Shown here: piece by piece, positions 1 through 12,699 of the stretch | How the letters are laid out: the number at the start of each line of letters is the position of its first letter | How positions within the stretch are numbered: position 1 is the first letter of the stretch | Origin: Antedon mediterranea | Lineage: Eukaryota; Animalia; Echinodermata | Assembly (NCBI RefSeq): GCF_964355755.1 | Contig: NC_092670.1 | Location: forward strand, 5,384,201-5,448,200 | Length of the DNA stretch: 64,000 bases | Direction: 5' to 3' | Translations under genes and position numbers: made by a program | Notes under the pieces: generated by a model | Databases searched by the model: none | What the model was told of the DNA's origin: nothing | What the model saw: the letters and a program-made list of their open reading frames with translations, nothing else

Positions 1-199
1 ACATTAGGGATTGGTACATTATAATTAGTTTTTACAACCGTTATATAAATTATCTAATAATTTTTGTTGTAAATGAAAATATTATTGTATTCTATTTATA
101 TCTATCGTAGCGATGTCAACTAAGGGTTTGGGTTTATTTTTTAAGTATATGTTATTAAAACATTTTATGATATATAGATGATTGATTGATGGATTTCAT

Positions 200-590
200 T
201 CGATATTGAATTAAAATAGTAAAATATAAAAAGTACATAATTAGACCTGTGGTAGAATATGCTACACCGGATTGGCACCCAAACCTTAGCGATGAACATA
301 CCAATGCTATTGAAAGAGTATAAAAACGTGCGTGTCGAATCATCTTCAATTATGTCTCATATGACGCAGCTTGTTCAAATTACAACCCCTTAAGGAACGA
401 AGAACTGAATTATGTATTAAGTTTCGTACTTCTTTACTTAATTCTGAATTTAAAGAATGGTCACCACCCCTAAGAGAAGAAGCCCATAAGTACAATTTAA
501 GAAATAGGAAACACCATACGATCCCCAGTGTCAAAACAGAATGATACAAACGTAACCCCATTCCCTACCTCGTAAATATTTAAATAACCG
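200..590 (+). mobile_element. Degenerate non-LTR retrotransposon (CR1/L2-clade LINE) ORF2 3' remnant
   Basis: Manual translation from 240 gives IRPVVEYATPDWHPNLSDEHTNAIERV*KRACRII, then after a frameshift LKERRTELCIKF...HKYNLRNR...KTE*YKRNPIPYL. This matches the post-RT C-terminal pattern of CR1/L2-type LINEs and carries stops and a frameshift. Confidence 0.75.
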
Positions 591-944
591 GGCCTAATGC
601 ATTTTACTTTTAATTCATATTCGCGGGGCAATTTCATTTCATTTATCTTTTTATTTCGGAATATCATGGTGACATAATATTATATCCATAGCAAAAGAGA
701 GAAAAAAAAAATCTTAATCTAACAATAATATTATATTATTCCAAATTTCTGTTTTTATAATTGTATTTTATTATATAATGTATATTTTAAATTGTTTATC
801 ATTTGTGTTCAATTCAATTTATTTCGAATTTCACAATACAAACAATAACACATATATCACACATGTTAGAAGAGTTGACTCTTCCTTTTTTTTAAATTCA
901 CTTATTTTTTATTGGCATGATTTGCAAATGTAGCCTACTGTTCA

Positions 945-1700
945 CTATTTATTTTGCATTTGTGCAGATGCTTTTTCAAATTTAAGCAGCTTTGCCTTTG
1001 CTCGCCATAAATCAACTAATGTCCACATCATACATCCATTCTCATCCCTAGTGTTCCCACAATGTGTATCTTTTTCAAAGATCTCCTTCAATCCCTTGTA
1101 CAATGTCAAATCCTTGTCATACGGCCTTGAGTATCCAAAATCTAAAAGATGTTTCTCAACCTTTAACCGGTCTACTTTATTCTTGAACACGCTGCAAAAT
1201 ATGTCCTGCCTGTCTTTAAGTCCCTCGGCTATCTTATCTAAATCTTGGTTGATTTTTCTATATTCTGAATCCTGTTGATGAAGCGCTTTTTGAAATGAAA
1301 TCTGTGGATTTTTAGCTTCAAACTCATTCTCACGTTGTTTCAGAGCTGTAAGCTCACGTTGTAACTCTTCCTCTCTTTGGCGGTTTGAATTTTCTTTTCT
1401 TTTCGCAAGCCATACTGTAAAACAAAAAATTACAAATTCAAATAATAGTACTGTTGTATGAATGTTAATGGTCATACAAGCAATCATTCTTTTGATTTTG
1501 TGCTCATTTATATGCATCCTCCTTTAGTTCCCCCTCCCACCCAGCTTCCAAAACAAGAAAAAAACCAACTTACAAAAAAATGCAGTTGTCGCTGGTATTA
1601 AGAATGGAATCGCCTCACCAAAAATTCGACTAAGTCGCTGCTTCCATGGCTCATCACCAGGAGGCAGACTAAGATTATTTAATTTGATTTCATCTTTCAT
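945..1700 (-). CDS. CCDC127: Coiled-coil domain-containing protein 127 (single N-terminal TM, coiled coil), 198 aa
   Basis: Coding exons 1700-1574 (ATG at 1700, GTAAGT donor at 1573) and 1414-945 (ttttacag acceptor) join in frame, 597 nt: MKDEIKLNNLSLPP...PFLIPATTAFF|LWLAKRK...RQDIFCSVF...DLTLYKGLKEIFEKDTHCG...NGCMMW. The C-terminus matches CCDC127 as I recall it (RQNIYCSLF, GLTDIFQHDTYCG, NGRLMW). An upstream acceptor at ~1718 implies a non-coding first exon near 2300-2500. Confidence 0.88.
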
Positions 1701-2631
1701 GGCTTGTTAGTATAGTCTGAAAAAAATGTAAAATAAAAATATTAGTAGAACTAGAAGTATGATCTTTATTTGTCATTTGCCTGTAGGCAATAAATAAATT
1801 ATAAATAGCGATTTATTTAGCTTTTTGGTGGCCATACTATTTGCTCAATTAATCATGACCGACGACGCAATAGTGCTGAAAACATCGCAGGTTTGATTTC
1901 ACGCAGGCGAGGGCAAACACAATTATTAGAAGGGCATTTTCTTACGTTGCGTAGATTGCGTTACGTCCCCCACCAGGAGTTTCATCCCTGAAAAGTTTCA
2001 CTTTCTTGCAACTTAGCCTGCACGACTTTTATTTCATGTTGACACAGTCTTCTTTTTTTTTGCCTAATTTCCAGGCCATTCTCAGGATCGGATAACCTTC
2101 AGTCTGTTGTTCATCCACCAACTAGGCAGTGCCTCTCTACCTACCTACCTACCCCCCCCCCCCCTACTAATAATAGGCCTAGGCCCTCTAGATAGATTAA
2201 GAGGCAATTTAGACTTTAGTTAGGCCTAGTAACTAGGCCTAGCCTAGTAGTAGGATAGGCCTACAACTTAACAATAACAATACATTTACAACACACAACA
2301 TCACTCACGCCGAAATAAAAACAGGACCGAAACGGACCTACAGTAGCTCCGCACGACCTACTACTACTATAGCAAATTACTATTACCTGTAGTGTGCTAG
2401 GCCTCTACTTTACCCAACCTTAAGTGAAAAATCAATAGGTCTAGCTAGGCCTAAAGGTAGGGTAGGCTGCACTTAATACGCACCACCTGCCTGCTGCATG
2501 CTGCTTGGATGATCCCTGTGATGTGACGTTTGTGGCTCTGGACAAAGAATATAAATGATATTCTTTGCTCTGGATCATATTTTTGAACAGCGCCACCAAT
2601 TTATGGGGCCCAATTTCCCTGGATCCCCCAT

Positions 2632-3805
2632 TAAAGGGGAACCAATAAAGGGGAACCAATAAAGGGGAACCAATAAAGGGGAACCAATAAAGGGGAACCA
2701 ATAAAGGGGAACCAATAAAGGGGAACCAATAAAGGGGAACCAATAAAGGGGAACCAATAAAGGGGAACCAATAAAGGGGAACCAATAAAGGGGAACCAAT
2801 AAAGGGGAACCAATAAAGGGGAACCAATAAAGGGGAACCAATAAAGGGGAACCAATAAAGGGGAACCAATAAAGGGGAACCAATAAAGGGGAACCAATAA
2901 AGGGGAACCAATAAAGGGGAACCAATAAAGGGGAACCAATAAAGGGGAACCAATAAAGGGGAACCAATAAAGGGGAACCAATAAAGGGGAACCAATAAAG
3001 GGGAACCAATAAAGGGGAACCAATAAAGGGGAACCAATAAAGGGGAACCAATAAAGGGGAACCAATAAAGGGGAACCAATAAAGGGGAACCAATAAAGGG
3101 GAACCAATAAAGGGGAACCAATAAAGGGGAACCAATAAAGGGGAACCAATAAAGGGGAACCAATAAAGGGGAACCAATAAAGGGGAACCAATAAAGGGGA
3201 ACCAATAAAGGGGAACCAATAAAGGGGAACCAATAAAGGGGAACCAATAAAGGGGAACCAATAAAGGGGAACCAATAAAGGGGAACCAATAAAGGGGAAC
3301 CAATAAAGGGGAACCAATAAAGGGGAACCAATAAAGGGGAACCAATAAAGGGGAACCAATAAAGGGGAACCAATAAAGGGGAACCAATAAAGGGGAACCA
3401 ATAAAGGGGAACCAATAAAGGGGAACCAATAAAGGGGAACCAATAAAGGGGAACCAATAAAGGGGAACCAATAAAGGGGAACCAATAAAGGGGAACCAAT
3501 AAAGGGGAACCAATAAAGGGGAACCAATAAAGGGGAACCAATAAAGGGGAACCAATAAAGGGGAACCAATAAAGGGGAACCAATAAAGGGGAACCAATAA
3601 AGGGGAACCAATAAAGGGGAACCAATAAAGGGGAACCAATAAAGGGGAACCAATAAAGGGGAACCAATAAAGGGGAACCAATAAAGGGGAACCAATAAAG
3701 GGGAACCAATAAAGGGGAACCAATAAAGGGGAACCAATAAAGGGGAACCAATAAAGGGGAACCAATAAAGGGGAACCAATAAAGGGGAACCAATAAAGGG
3801 GAACC
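2632..3805. repeat. Perfect 14-bp tandem array (GGGGAACCAATAAA)n, about 84 copies
   Basis: Directly visible. The 14-aa periodic ORFs in all three minus frames (42 nt = 3 units) confirm the 14-bp period. Confidence 0.98.
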
Positions 3806-5263
3806 TTTTTTGGTCCCAAAGTTAGTATCCAACAATAATAATGAATGCTTCCAATATCCAACTGTAATGTTCGCTCAAAAGAATCTTGCACCTCAATTGA
3901 TTTTTTTAAATTGGAAATCATCTCATACAGAAATGATGAAAAAATACAATGTATTCTGAAGACATTTGCAATGTGATGACATCATGTGATATATATTTAT
4001 TTATTTACAGTGACATGTTAATTAATTAATGAATATTAACTACTATAGTGTAAATTAGTATGGTATGTGTAATGTTATGACTTGTGGGTCCGAATAATGA
4101 CTATAATAACGCAATAGACGACTGTGTAAACTTTTATAACTTTTAATGCAGAAACTCCAGAATCAAGATGGCTGTCAAAACCATGTGCACGAATTGTGCG
4201 GTGTGGGGGCGCTGTACACATTACAGTTGTGTTCAGGCTTACAATCTCATTACAGTATGCTGCTAGTGAAATACCCTAGTTAAATTAAATGAAAAAAAAG
4301 ATGCACTTAAATTTTCTACAAAATTTATTTGTCCATGAAATAAATGACATGATCATTATCCACATTTACATTTTGAAATAGTCCTCCAGTTAGTAAATAC
4401 CCTACTAACGAAGTACCTATTACACACTATACAGTACGTCATGGTGGTCAATATTATAATTAGATTACAATTAAAAGAATCAATTTTATTTCATTGTTTT
4501 CAGTGTAGCAATGTAGAATTTGGAATATTCAATTGAAAACTGCAAATAGGGAAATGAGGAAATCTGTGACACTGAAAATAAAACAGCTCCGATAATTGTT
4601 ATAGGCTATATATAATAAGCACCACATCAGAAATTTAAAATTTCAAAATCGTTTTTTTATATGTAAATGATATAAATGATAAGGAAGGCTTTACAAATGC
4701 TACTATTCAAAATAACAATATAAATTTGGTTTTAAATATTATATAACAAATTGTATTAAAATCATCTATCAGCACACTTTTTAAACACTTTACATGGGTA
4801 AAAAATGTAAAAAAAATGTACAAATATTTGCACACATAATTTCAGAATCTACCTTAACACTCTACAATCCAAAAATACTGTGCCTGTTTTCGTCAAGATA
4901 AAATGGTTGACAACATGTAATTTCAAAATTGGCACTACACTGACTAATGGTCAAATTATAAAAATTACATTATCACACCCGCATAGGATTTGAATTAGAA
5001 TAACAATAATCACTTTAAACATACACTATACACTGTATATTATGCTCTAAAATTAACTTGTATATAATATATTAATAGTCAGGTATTCCAACCTGGTTCA
5101 TTCTTTCCCTCTGTATTCACATACAACTATTAATCACAAATGTAATGCATCTCTATTCATACTAGCAATTAGTGGTTGGAACTTAAAACCAATGTTATAC
5201 AATTATCTAGCCATAATTACTGTAATCACAACACAGGTCTCCCTTCAATTAGGATACTCTTAA

Positions 5264-5428
5264 GGCTAATTTACACAGATGAGCAGCAACAGTAAGCAAA
5301 AATCGTATCCCGCATAATACTCTATATCAATTCTGAGCATGCTTCCGTTCAACTGCCAGTCCACTACGTATACGGTCATAAGAAATTACATTTTGTTTTC
5401 GTTTACCCCTTGTCTCTGTAAACTGGCC
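5264..5428. mobile_element. Small PIF/Harbinger-like MITE
   Basis: Imperfect TIRs GGCTAATTTACACAGA / TCTCTGTAAACTGGCC with T/A-rich flanks (taa...ttta). Confidence 0.4.
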
Positions 5429-6737
5429 TTTACTGTGACCAAAAGAACCAATAAGATAAGCTGGTAAAGAGATATAAATTATCAATGTCAATAATATGTT
5501 GATATAAAGTTGGAGCTACACCACGTAAAGTTTTAAAAAACTGTCGAATGCCTCAACGTTCGATCAATATACTTTGACCATCAACACAATTAGAGAGAGT
5601 AACAACTAGGACACCTGAGTGTATCCTTGCTATTTGATTGGTCAATTATGCATCACATGCTAATCTGTATGAAGCTGTTTTTACAATTTACTGTACAGAA
5701 GCTAAAATGTTCACGGACCAAAATGTACCACTTGCTGGCTCAAGTATAAACATCTACTCCTACAAGTTTGTGGTCAGTCAATGGTTAGCGGTTTGCTTAA
5801 CACATGCATATTTTTGCATAAAAACATTTAGAAATGGAGATTACACAGAAAATGCTTATATTCAAGTGAGATCAGGGTGGTTTACAATAACGCAAACAAC
5901 CTACAACAGTATTACAAAATCTAAACAGTCATCAAAAATACTATAAAAGCACCTAGTTGTATTGGAGGGATAGCCTACCTGCCCACTTTGTATTGCGCGC
6001 GATATATGGTCCAACATTCAAAGTTAAAACACACCATATATGTTACATTTAAAATATCACACATATTAAAAATTGCATCAGGAAAATTTAATTTAAAAAA
6101 TATATAATTCACACTTTTAAATAGGGCTTTTTGTACAAACAGTAGACCTGTATTGTTTTGTTAGAAAAGCCAACAATGGCTCTCGGACAATGTGTAGTTT
6201 GTTACTTTAAGTCAATGATTGCATATACAGTATCTTGTATTGTTAATCTTAACAATAACCAATTGTGGAAGTTATTTGTTAAAATAATGATACTAAAATG
6301 CTACCTATACAAGGAGGCAGTTTTAATATTTTTGGAATTATATTTGGAAAATAATTAGTTAAAACTGTAATATATTGTACATAAACATGTATTAAATCCA
6401 ATTTAATTAATATAATAAGGAGAATTTTAAATCTGAAAAAAATGGAACACAAGTATTTTATAATAGTAGTATGCGAGTGGGAATCAATCTTTTGGAGTTG
6501 GGTGCTAACCAAGGTCAAGGTTCAAATTAGGGCCTAAAAACATTTTACTGTGTGGGCAAGCCACTTACAGTCACTGTACAGTACAACATCCAATCTGTTA
6601 CAATTAATTAATTAATATGTAAAGGTCCACTAATAAGGTATATGATAAAAACAAACTCCGAAAAAAGTATAGGAAATTATGATTCATCACAATGGCTTGC
6701 GTCACTTTTTTCTGAGTTTGTTTTATATTGTCAACTA

Positions 6738-9344
6738 TCAAACATAGGTAAGCTTGCTATAATCAATAGCAGTTGTCTGCTCAGCACAGAATGATGTGTC
6801 TTCATCAACCTCTTTTACTGAACCTGAGGAATCTTCAGAGGACAATGGCGGTTTACTATCTAAAGGGGAAGATACTTTAACAGCTGAATCCATTATATTG
6901 TCTTGAGCGTTTCCAGAATTTATATCCGTTTTGATTATTAATGATTTTTTTAATGGAATGAACTTAGAATTATATGGTGGTGATGTTGGCTTAACGTTTG
7001 GCGATTTAGAATTGTGTGTACAGTTCTCAGACCTTACTTCAAAAAGACGTGTTGGTGTCGGTGGAATGTTCTCACTATATGAAGTGTTATTTAAGTCTTC
7101 TGACAATATTCTGGATGGAGTAGTCAATATTGAATGGAGTTTGTTAGATAAATTCTGTTCATTTAAACTGGATGAACTCTCTGAATGCTTCAAGTTAGCA
7201 CCGTGTCGTGTTTTGACTGACAAGTCTTCTGGCAGGAAACAAGAGTTATTTGTAAACTCTTCTGAAGATAAAAGTTGTTTTTCTGGTAAGCTATTGGACT
7301 GTTCTGGTGATGATGGACGAGAGTATATCGAGTCTGGAGTAGGAGCAGACTCTGCAGAAGAGTACAGAGAATCAGGTGTAGGTGCTGATTCAAGAGAAGA
7401 TGTAGAAATCGGCGATGCAGGGTATGGTTCAGGAGTAGTAGCTCGTAGAGGACTGATGGTACCTGGTAATGGACTTTCACTCCTATCTAACGATTCTTTA
7501 TGATTGTAGTCAAGTTCCAAAGATGAAGCTGCAACAGCTGCTGATTTTGCTGCAAGTGCCTCAAGTTTTTTCTCTTTTTTCACATGAGTTTTTACATGTC
7601 TGCGTAGATTACTACTACACCTAAATGTCTTTGGACATTGCCTGCAGTGGTATGGCCTCTCTTGTGTATGAACAAGTTCATGGTAATTTAGATCTTCATC
7701 CGTATCAAAACTCTTTGTACAAGTATTACATTTAAAAGGTTTATCTTTTTTGTGTGTGTGTTCATGTCGCTTCAGATTACTGTTGCATTTAAATCTTTTT
7801 TCACAAATTTTACACTCAAACGGTCGTTCTCCGGTGTGGGATCGTGTATGTAAAATTAGTTCGTCCTTACGGCCAAATTTTGATGGACACACGTCGCATT
7901 TATATGGCTTTTCTCCTGTATGTAATCGCTGATGCTTTCTAAAGCCACTTTTGTCAACAAAACATTTTGAACAAATGTCACATTGAAAAGGTTTTTCACC
8001 GGTATGTGAACGCCAATGAACAATCAAGTCATTCTTCCAAGTGAAACGACGTCCACATAACTCGCAAACATGACGCTTTTCTCCTGTGTGCTTACGCCTG
8101 TGTTTCGTTAAACTTCCGCGATGTGAGAATTTCAACGGGCAGTCTGGACATTGATATCGTTTTTTATTGTGAGCAATACGTTCATGATCTTCAAGTAATA
8201 ACTTTCGCTGAAAACGTTTCTCGCACATTTGGCACTCATATTTTAAAACTGGCGGTTTTGGAATTGGATTTTCATGAGATTTTCTATGCGATGCAAGGTA
8301 GTACGTTTGACTGAACCGTTTTCCGCAAAGATTACACTGAAAGGGTCTTGTGTGTATCAACCTGTGTTTACGCAAAGCCGATGGGGTTATAAAAAATTTT
8401 CCACAATCTTCACACGGACACTTTTTATCCCCGGTGTGATTCTTCATATGATTTGTGAGATGAAATCGTCTAGTAAACGTACGATCACAATGTAAACACG
8501 GAAACGGACGATCTCCGCGATGACTTTGCTCATGTCGACGTAGAACACCTCGACGTGCGAACTTGTTCCCACATTCACCACATTCATAAGGTTTCTCACC
8601 GGTGTGAACTCTTTCATGGATTTTGCAAGATGGGCGATCTTTAAAGAGCTTACCGCATTCAAAACAAGCATAGGGCTTTTCAGTTGAATGAACTTTCATA
8701 TGTTTGTTCAGCATGCTTTTAATGACAAATCCCTTTGAGCAGACTTCACAATGAAACCTCAACTCTCCAGAATGCACATATTTGTGTTCATCTAAATCTT
8801 CTTGCAATACAAAGGTCTTTGCACATTCTTCACATTTTAACATTTCCTGGTCTTTATGAGTAGTGAGGTGTTGCTTTAGAGTACATTTACGATGAAAACT
8901 TTTGCTACAATGGTTACATGAAAATATTTTTTCTCCGGTGTGTATCAATTTGTGTCTTTTCATAGTTGCTTTGTGTTGAAAAGTTTTCAAACATATATCA
9001 CACTGAAAAGGTTTCTCTTTACCAAATCTTGATGCTGTGCCACTCAAACCTCCACCAATGTCATCCACTTCCTCGACTTGACTCTCTGATTGTCCATCTT
9101 CTCCAGAATCTAAAGGAAGGTAAACAGCTTCATCATCAGAAAAGGAGACTGAAAGTCCCAGACCATCAGGATCGAGGCTGGGATGATCTTCACATTCAAG
9201 AAAGAGAACACAACTTTCTGGATCCACCACCTCTGCCTCTGAACTGCCTGTTGACTGGTTATCAAGATCATCTTGGATTGGCAGGGAATCTCCTGTTGTC
9301 AGAAGTATAGAGTTGTCTGTACTCTCAGCTGGAAAACTATCCAT
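6738..9344 (-). CDS. C2H2 zinc finger protein, 17 fingers, acidic N-terminus, Ser/Pro-rich C-terminus (868 aa)
   Basis: Intact single-exon ORF with repeated CxxC...HxxxH motifs and TGEKP linkers. Acceptor tttttttatag at ~9367. Candidate donors at ~10964 and ~11027 suggest a non-coding first exon around 11.0-11.35 kb. Confidence 0.92.
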   Translation of the reverse strand: MDSFPAESTDNSILLTTGDSLPIQDDLDNQSTGSSEAEVVDPESCVLFLECEDHPSLDPDGLGLSVSFSDDEAVYLPLDSGEDGQSESQVEEVDDIGGGLSGTASRFGKEKPFQCDICLKTFQHKATMKRHKLIHTGEKIFSCNHCSKSFHRKCTLKQHLTTHKDQEMLKCEECAKTFVLQEDLDEHKYVHSGELRFHCEVCSKGFVIKSMLNKHMKVHSTEKPYACFECGKLFKDRPSCKIHERVHTGEKPYECGECGNKFARRGVLRRHEQSHRGDRPFPCLHCDRTFTRRFHLTNHMKNHTGDKKCPCEDCGKFFITPSALRKHRLIHTRPFQCNLCGKRFSQTYYLASHRKSHENPIPKPPVLKYECQMCEKRFQRKLLLEDHERIAHNKKRYQCPDCPLKFSHRGSLTKHRRKHTGEKRHVCELCGRRFTWKNDLIVHWRSHTGEKPFQCDICSKCFVDKSGFRKHQRLHTGEKPYKCDVCPSKFGRKDELILHTRSHTGERPFECKICEKRFKCNSNLKRHEHTHKKDKPFKCNTCTKSFDTDEDLNYHELVHTQERPYHCRQCPKTFRCSSNLRRHVKTHVKKEKKLEALAAKSAAVAASSLELDYNHKESLDRSESPLPGTISPLRATTPEPYPASPISTSSLESAPTPDSLYSSAESAPTPDSIYSRPSSPEQSNSLPEKQLLSSEEFTNNSCFLPEDLSVKTRHGANLKHSESSSSLNEQNLSNKLHSILTTPSRILSEDLNNTSYSENIPPTPTRLFEVRSENCTHNSKSPNVKPTSPPYNSKFIPLKKSLIIKTDINSGNAQDNIMDSAVKVSSPLDSKPPLSSEDSSGSVKEVDEDTSFCAEQTTAIDYSKLTYV

Positions 9345-9495
9345 GTTTGTTACATATCTTTGACACTATAAAAAAAACATATTTGTTTATTATTTACCAA
9401 TTATAAAGTATTTCAGAGAAAAGCAAATTGAAGGCAATTTCCCTGCATTTGTTTTACAAATTACAATATTTATAAAAATAATGCCTGTACTTTAA

Positions 9496-9600
9496 TTATA
9501 ATATTACTGTACATTAAACCAGGTCATTTCTTATAATATTACTGTACATTAAACCAGGTCATTTCTTATAATATTACTGTACATTAAACCAGGTCATTTC
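9496..9600. repeat. 35-bp tandem repeat, 3 copies
   Basis: TTATAATATTACTGTACATTAAACCAGGTCATTTC occurs three times exactly. Confidence 0.95.
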
Positions 9601-9789
9601 TTTTCTTAAATGATTTTACTGTGTACTGTGTGGTATTAATTATAATCAAAGAGAAAACAATGTACACAATGTACCGGTAAGGAGAGTGTCTTTAAATCAA
9701 AATTAAATTTTTAAAATAAATTAAAAAATGTAATTAAATTAAGTTTATGTTGTGTTTTTGTTGCAATTTTATATTTATTTTTACTATGA

Positions 9790-10130
9790 ATTATATTCAA
9801 TTCACATTTATTTACTCATCGTTTATAAATACAGTTTTATAGCATAAATGATGGCAAGGATCCTGCATAGAGAAGTTTACACTTCTGTTTTCGCAGGACC
9901 CTTTTACATAAAAAACATAAAACAATAAACACAACATAATAGATACAAAAAAAAACAAAAACATATAAACATGGTGTACATGACTTAAACTTCGGACAGA
10001 AACATAGTTTAAAAAATATTTTTTTTTATATTTGGGAGATTGGATGCAATTCTGGCAGGCTTCCGGTGAAATTAGGATGTTTTTGGAACGTGTAAAGATG
10101 TAAAAAGGGTGTGTAGAGTACACACTTTAT
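9790..10130 (-). mobile_element. Probable LINE/SINE 3' tail
   Basis: The minus strand reads T-rich 3' UTR, stem GGGTCCTGC...GCAGGATCC, then AATAAA followed by a GAATTGAA-type tail, as in L2/CR1 3' ends. Confidence 0.4.
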
Positions 10131-11479
10131 AGGGGAAAGGGGATTGTTTACTTGCAATCCCATTAAAGTGTTTTCACTTTTATTTAATCTTATACTTAAA
10201 AACTCCATTAAAATGTTGAGAGGGTTCAAATCAACACCAGGGACAAAGGTCAATGACTCGAGTCACTTTGCTTATTTTACAGTAATTATTTGAGTAAATG
10301 CTCCTGCTTTGAATAAACTCCCCCATACCTCGAACATTGTTTGGGAAACATCTTCCTGGAATAAACAAGGGCCTACAGTATATTGACTATATTGAACATT
10401 TTGAATTTTTATTTTATTCACTTCTTTTAATTTTATTTTTGTATAATGGTATTTTTCATATTTAGGGAGAATTGATTATACATGTTACCATATTATTATT
10501 ATTATTATTACACCCTAAAAAAACGGCAATTAATAATAATAATAAAATAATAGAGTTTAGTGGGTTGGGGTGGGGCTATGTATGTTGCATAGTATTCACT
10601 GCATACAATTTGTGTTATGTTTACAAAACATTTATCAATTAATGTGAAACTTTCTTTATGTAAAACATACTTTAGTAGGCCTACTGTCATGTTATAATCC
10701 TTACACACCTAAAGCAGGGCCTACCACCGCCGTTAGCATTCATACGAAACGCCAATTACGATGTGTGTGATGATGCATGCATTGCATGGTGTAGCAGTGG
10801 GAGTTGTGAACTGCAGCAGCAGCAATTGATTGACTTTACACGTTTTTTACAGCAATAATTATCTATTCCTTCAAGTAGAGGCCTACTGTATTTCTAATCT
10901 AATCATCGATTCAAATATTAAGTAAAATTCTATCAATACAGTCTGCTTTTGGAAAAAAGCTTACCATGTAGGCCTAGACTCGGCATACAAACAAGATGTT
11001 GTTTTTCCGGTTCAGACCTACTTACTCGCGTCACTAGGCCTAGGCTAGCCTTGATCAGAACCTAGAATCGCCGACCAACATTAGAAAACCCGTTAAAAAT
11101 GTACCTTATTGCGACTAATCTAACCATTGCGAGATATAGTATATAAGAATAAACATTAACGTTATGCTCAAAGCATCTATTTTGTGAATATTACCTCCAA
11201 ATATAAGTTAAATTCGGAAACTTATACATACCCAGTATTTTTACCACCATGCATCGACCACAAACACTCTGTACGTTCTCAGGTCATAAAGAATGCTCAA
11301 CAAGGCGACTCGAAACCACGCCAATATGGCAGCGAGGTCGATCGCCGTGTAGTACAGTAGTATACACTCTTGATTGTTCCATATCATTATTAGTAGGCCT
11401 GGGCCTGGAAGATTATGGCATGATAATTGATAGGGCTATGTTTTCCTTTTTATTTAAATATATATTTTCCCACTGAAAA

Positions 11480-11745
11480 AAAATGTGTTTTTTTTTAAAT
11501 ATGCCATTTTGATGTTCTTAAAAAAAATTGATGGAAAAAAAAAAATTTACCTGAACATGTTTTTTTTCTGAGGAAGTGATTACATTAGGCCTATTAAAAG
11601 TAGGCCTACAAAAATAAAATGGCCTATTCAAAATCTGATTTTATTAATCTTCATTGTTTATGTTTTTGGGAGACAATTCATCTTTAAAAGATGTATTGTC
11701 CCCGAAAAAATTAAGATCAATAATAATCATCAGACTTTGAAAAAA
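11480..11745. mobile_element. Two head-to-head truncated Kolobok-like MITE ends
   Basis: GGGAGACAATTCATCT-TTAA is followed directly by AGATGTATTGTCCCC. The reverse complement of 11560-11687 aligns with the copy starting at 43869. Confidence 0.7.
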
Positions 11746-12699
11746 AAAACGAAAAAAATTAATATTCTTTCACATAATAAAGGTTTTATTTTTATTTTTT
11801 TTAACTTCGGTATCTTTGCTGCTATGTATACGCCGTACGTTGGATGGATGCATACATTGACCGAAAACAAATTATTTATTTATAAATAACGTAACACAAA
11901 TCAACTAACTTTATAATTATAACAATTGTAGTTCTTGAGATATTTTTCACGCTGCTGCTCTAGCCCGCTACGTCCCATTAGAACTACTCAATAAAAAGCA
12001 AGCAGCAGTTATAGTTCTAAGGACGACAGTTTTGCGAAAATGGAAACTCCATATAATTTTATAGATTTCCAGCTGCTACTGTAGACCCAAAAAAACGTCT
12101 GGGAAAAGAGTCTATTAGGTCTTAAGACATGTCATGCTAAAATTACAAATCACAAAGCATTTCTGGTATTTATGACTTTTGACTGTAATTTACTGTCAGA
12201 TATTCATTGAATTATTATCGAAACAGTCCATACTAAACACTTGAAATATCTAGGGTGATAAAGTGACCCCCAGATTTGACCTTAGCAATAAAATTAACTA
12301 AAGTGACAGAAATTGAGTATTTACTTCTGTAACAACAAAATAATATTTATTCACATATAAAAAGAGAAAAGGAAACCCCAAACCATTGTCTGACAGACAA
12401 TTTAAGTATTTGTTGCTTTAAATTACTATTTTTTCAGGTAAAATAACTATTATGTGACAATAAAATGACACATTCAAAAACATTTGAAATAAAAAATATT
12501 TTTCAATAAGCGAGCAGCGTTTTTTGTAAGAAATATTTCTTGTTTACTCCTTTTTTTGGAGGGTGTTGGGGAAAATTTTTGTAAGTTGAGAAATCTTTTA
12601 CTGAAATCTTGGACTTTTTCTTCCTTGTTTTATGTTGGACAAATCAGAGGCCTACAGTACATGCATCTTTCACCATGTCCGTCCTTCGCTGTTATTTAA

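Noticed and set aside
945-1700. Apparent in-frame TAA (1524-1526) between the ATG at 1700 and ORF 945-1517, suggesting readthrough or a pseudogene
   Set aside because: The stop lies inside a canonical intron (1573-1415); the spliced frame is intact.
2441-3921. Three long minus-strand ORFs (382-464 aa) of repeated LLVPLYWFPFIGSP
   Set aside because: Artefact of a stop-free 14-bp tandem repeat that is open in all three frames.
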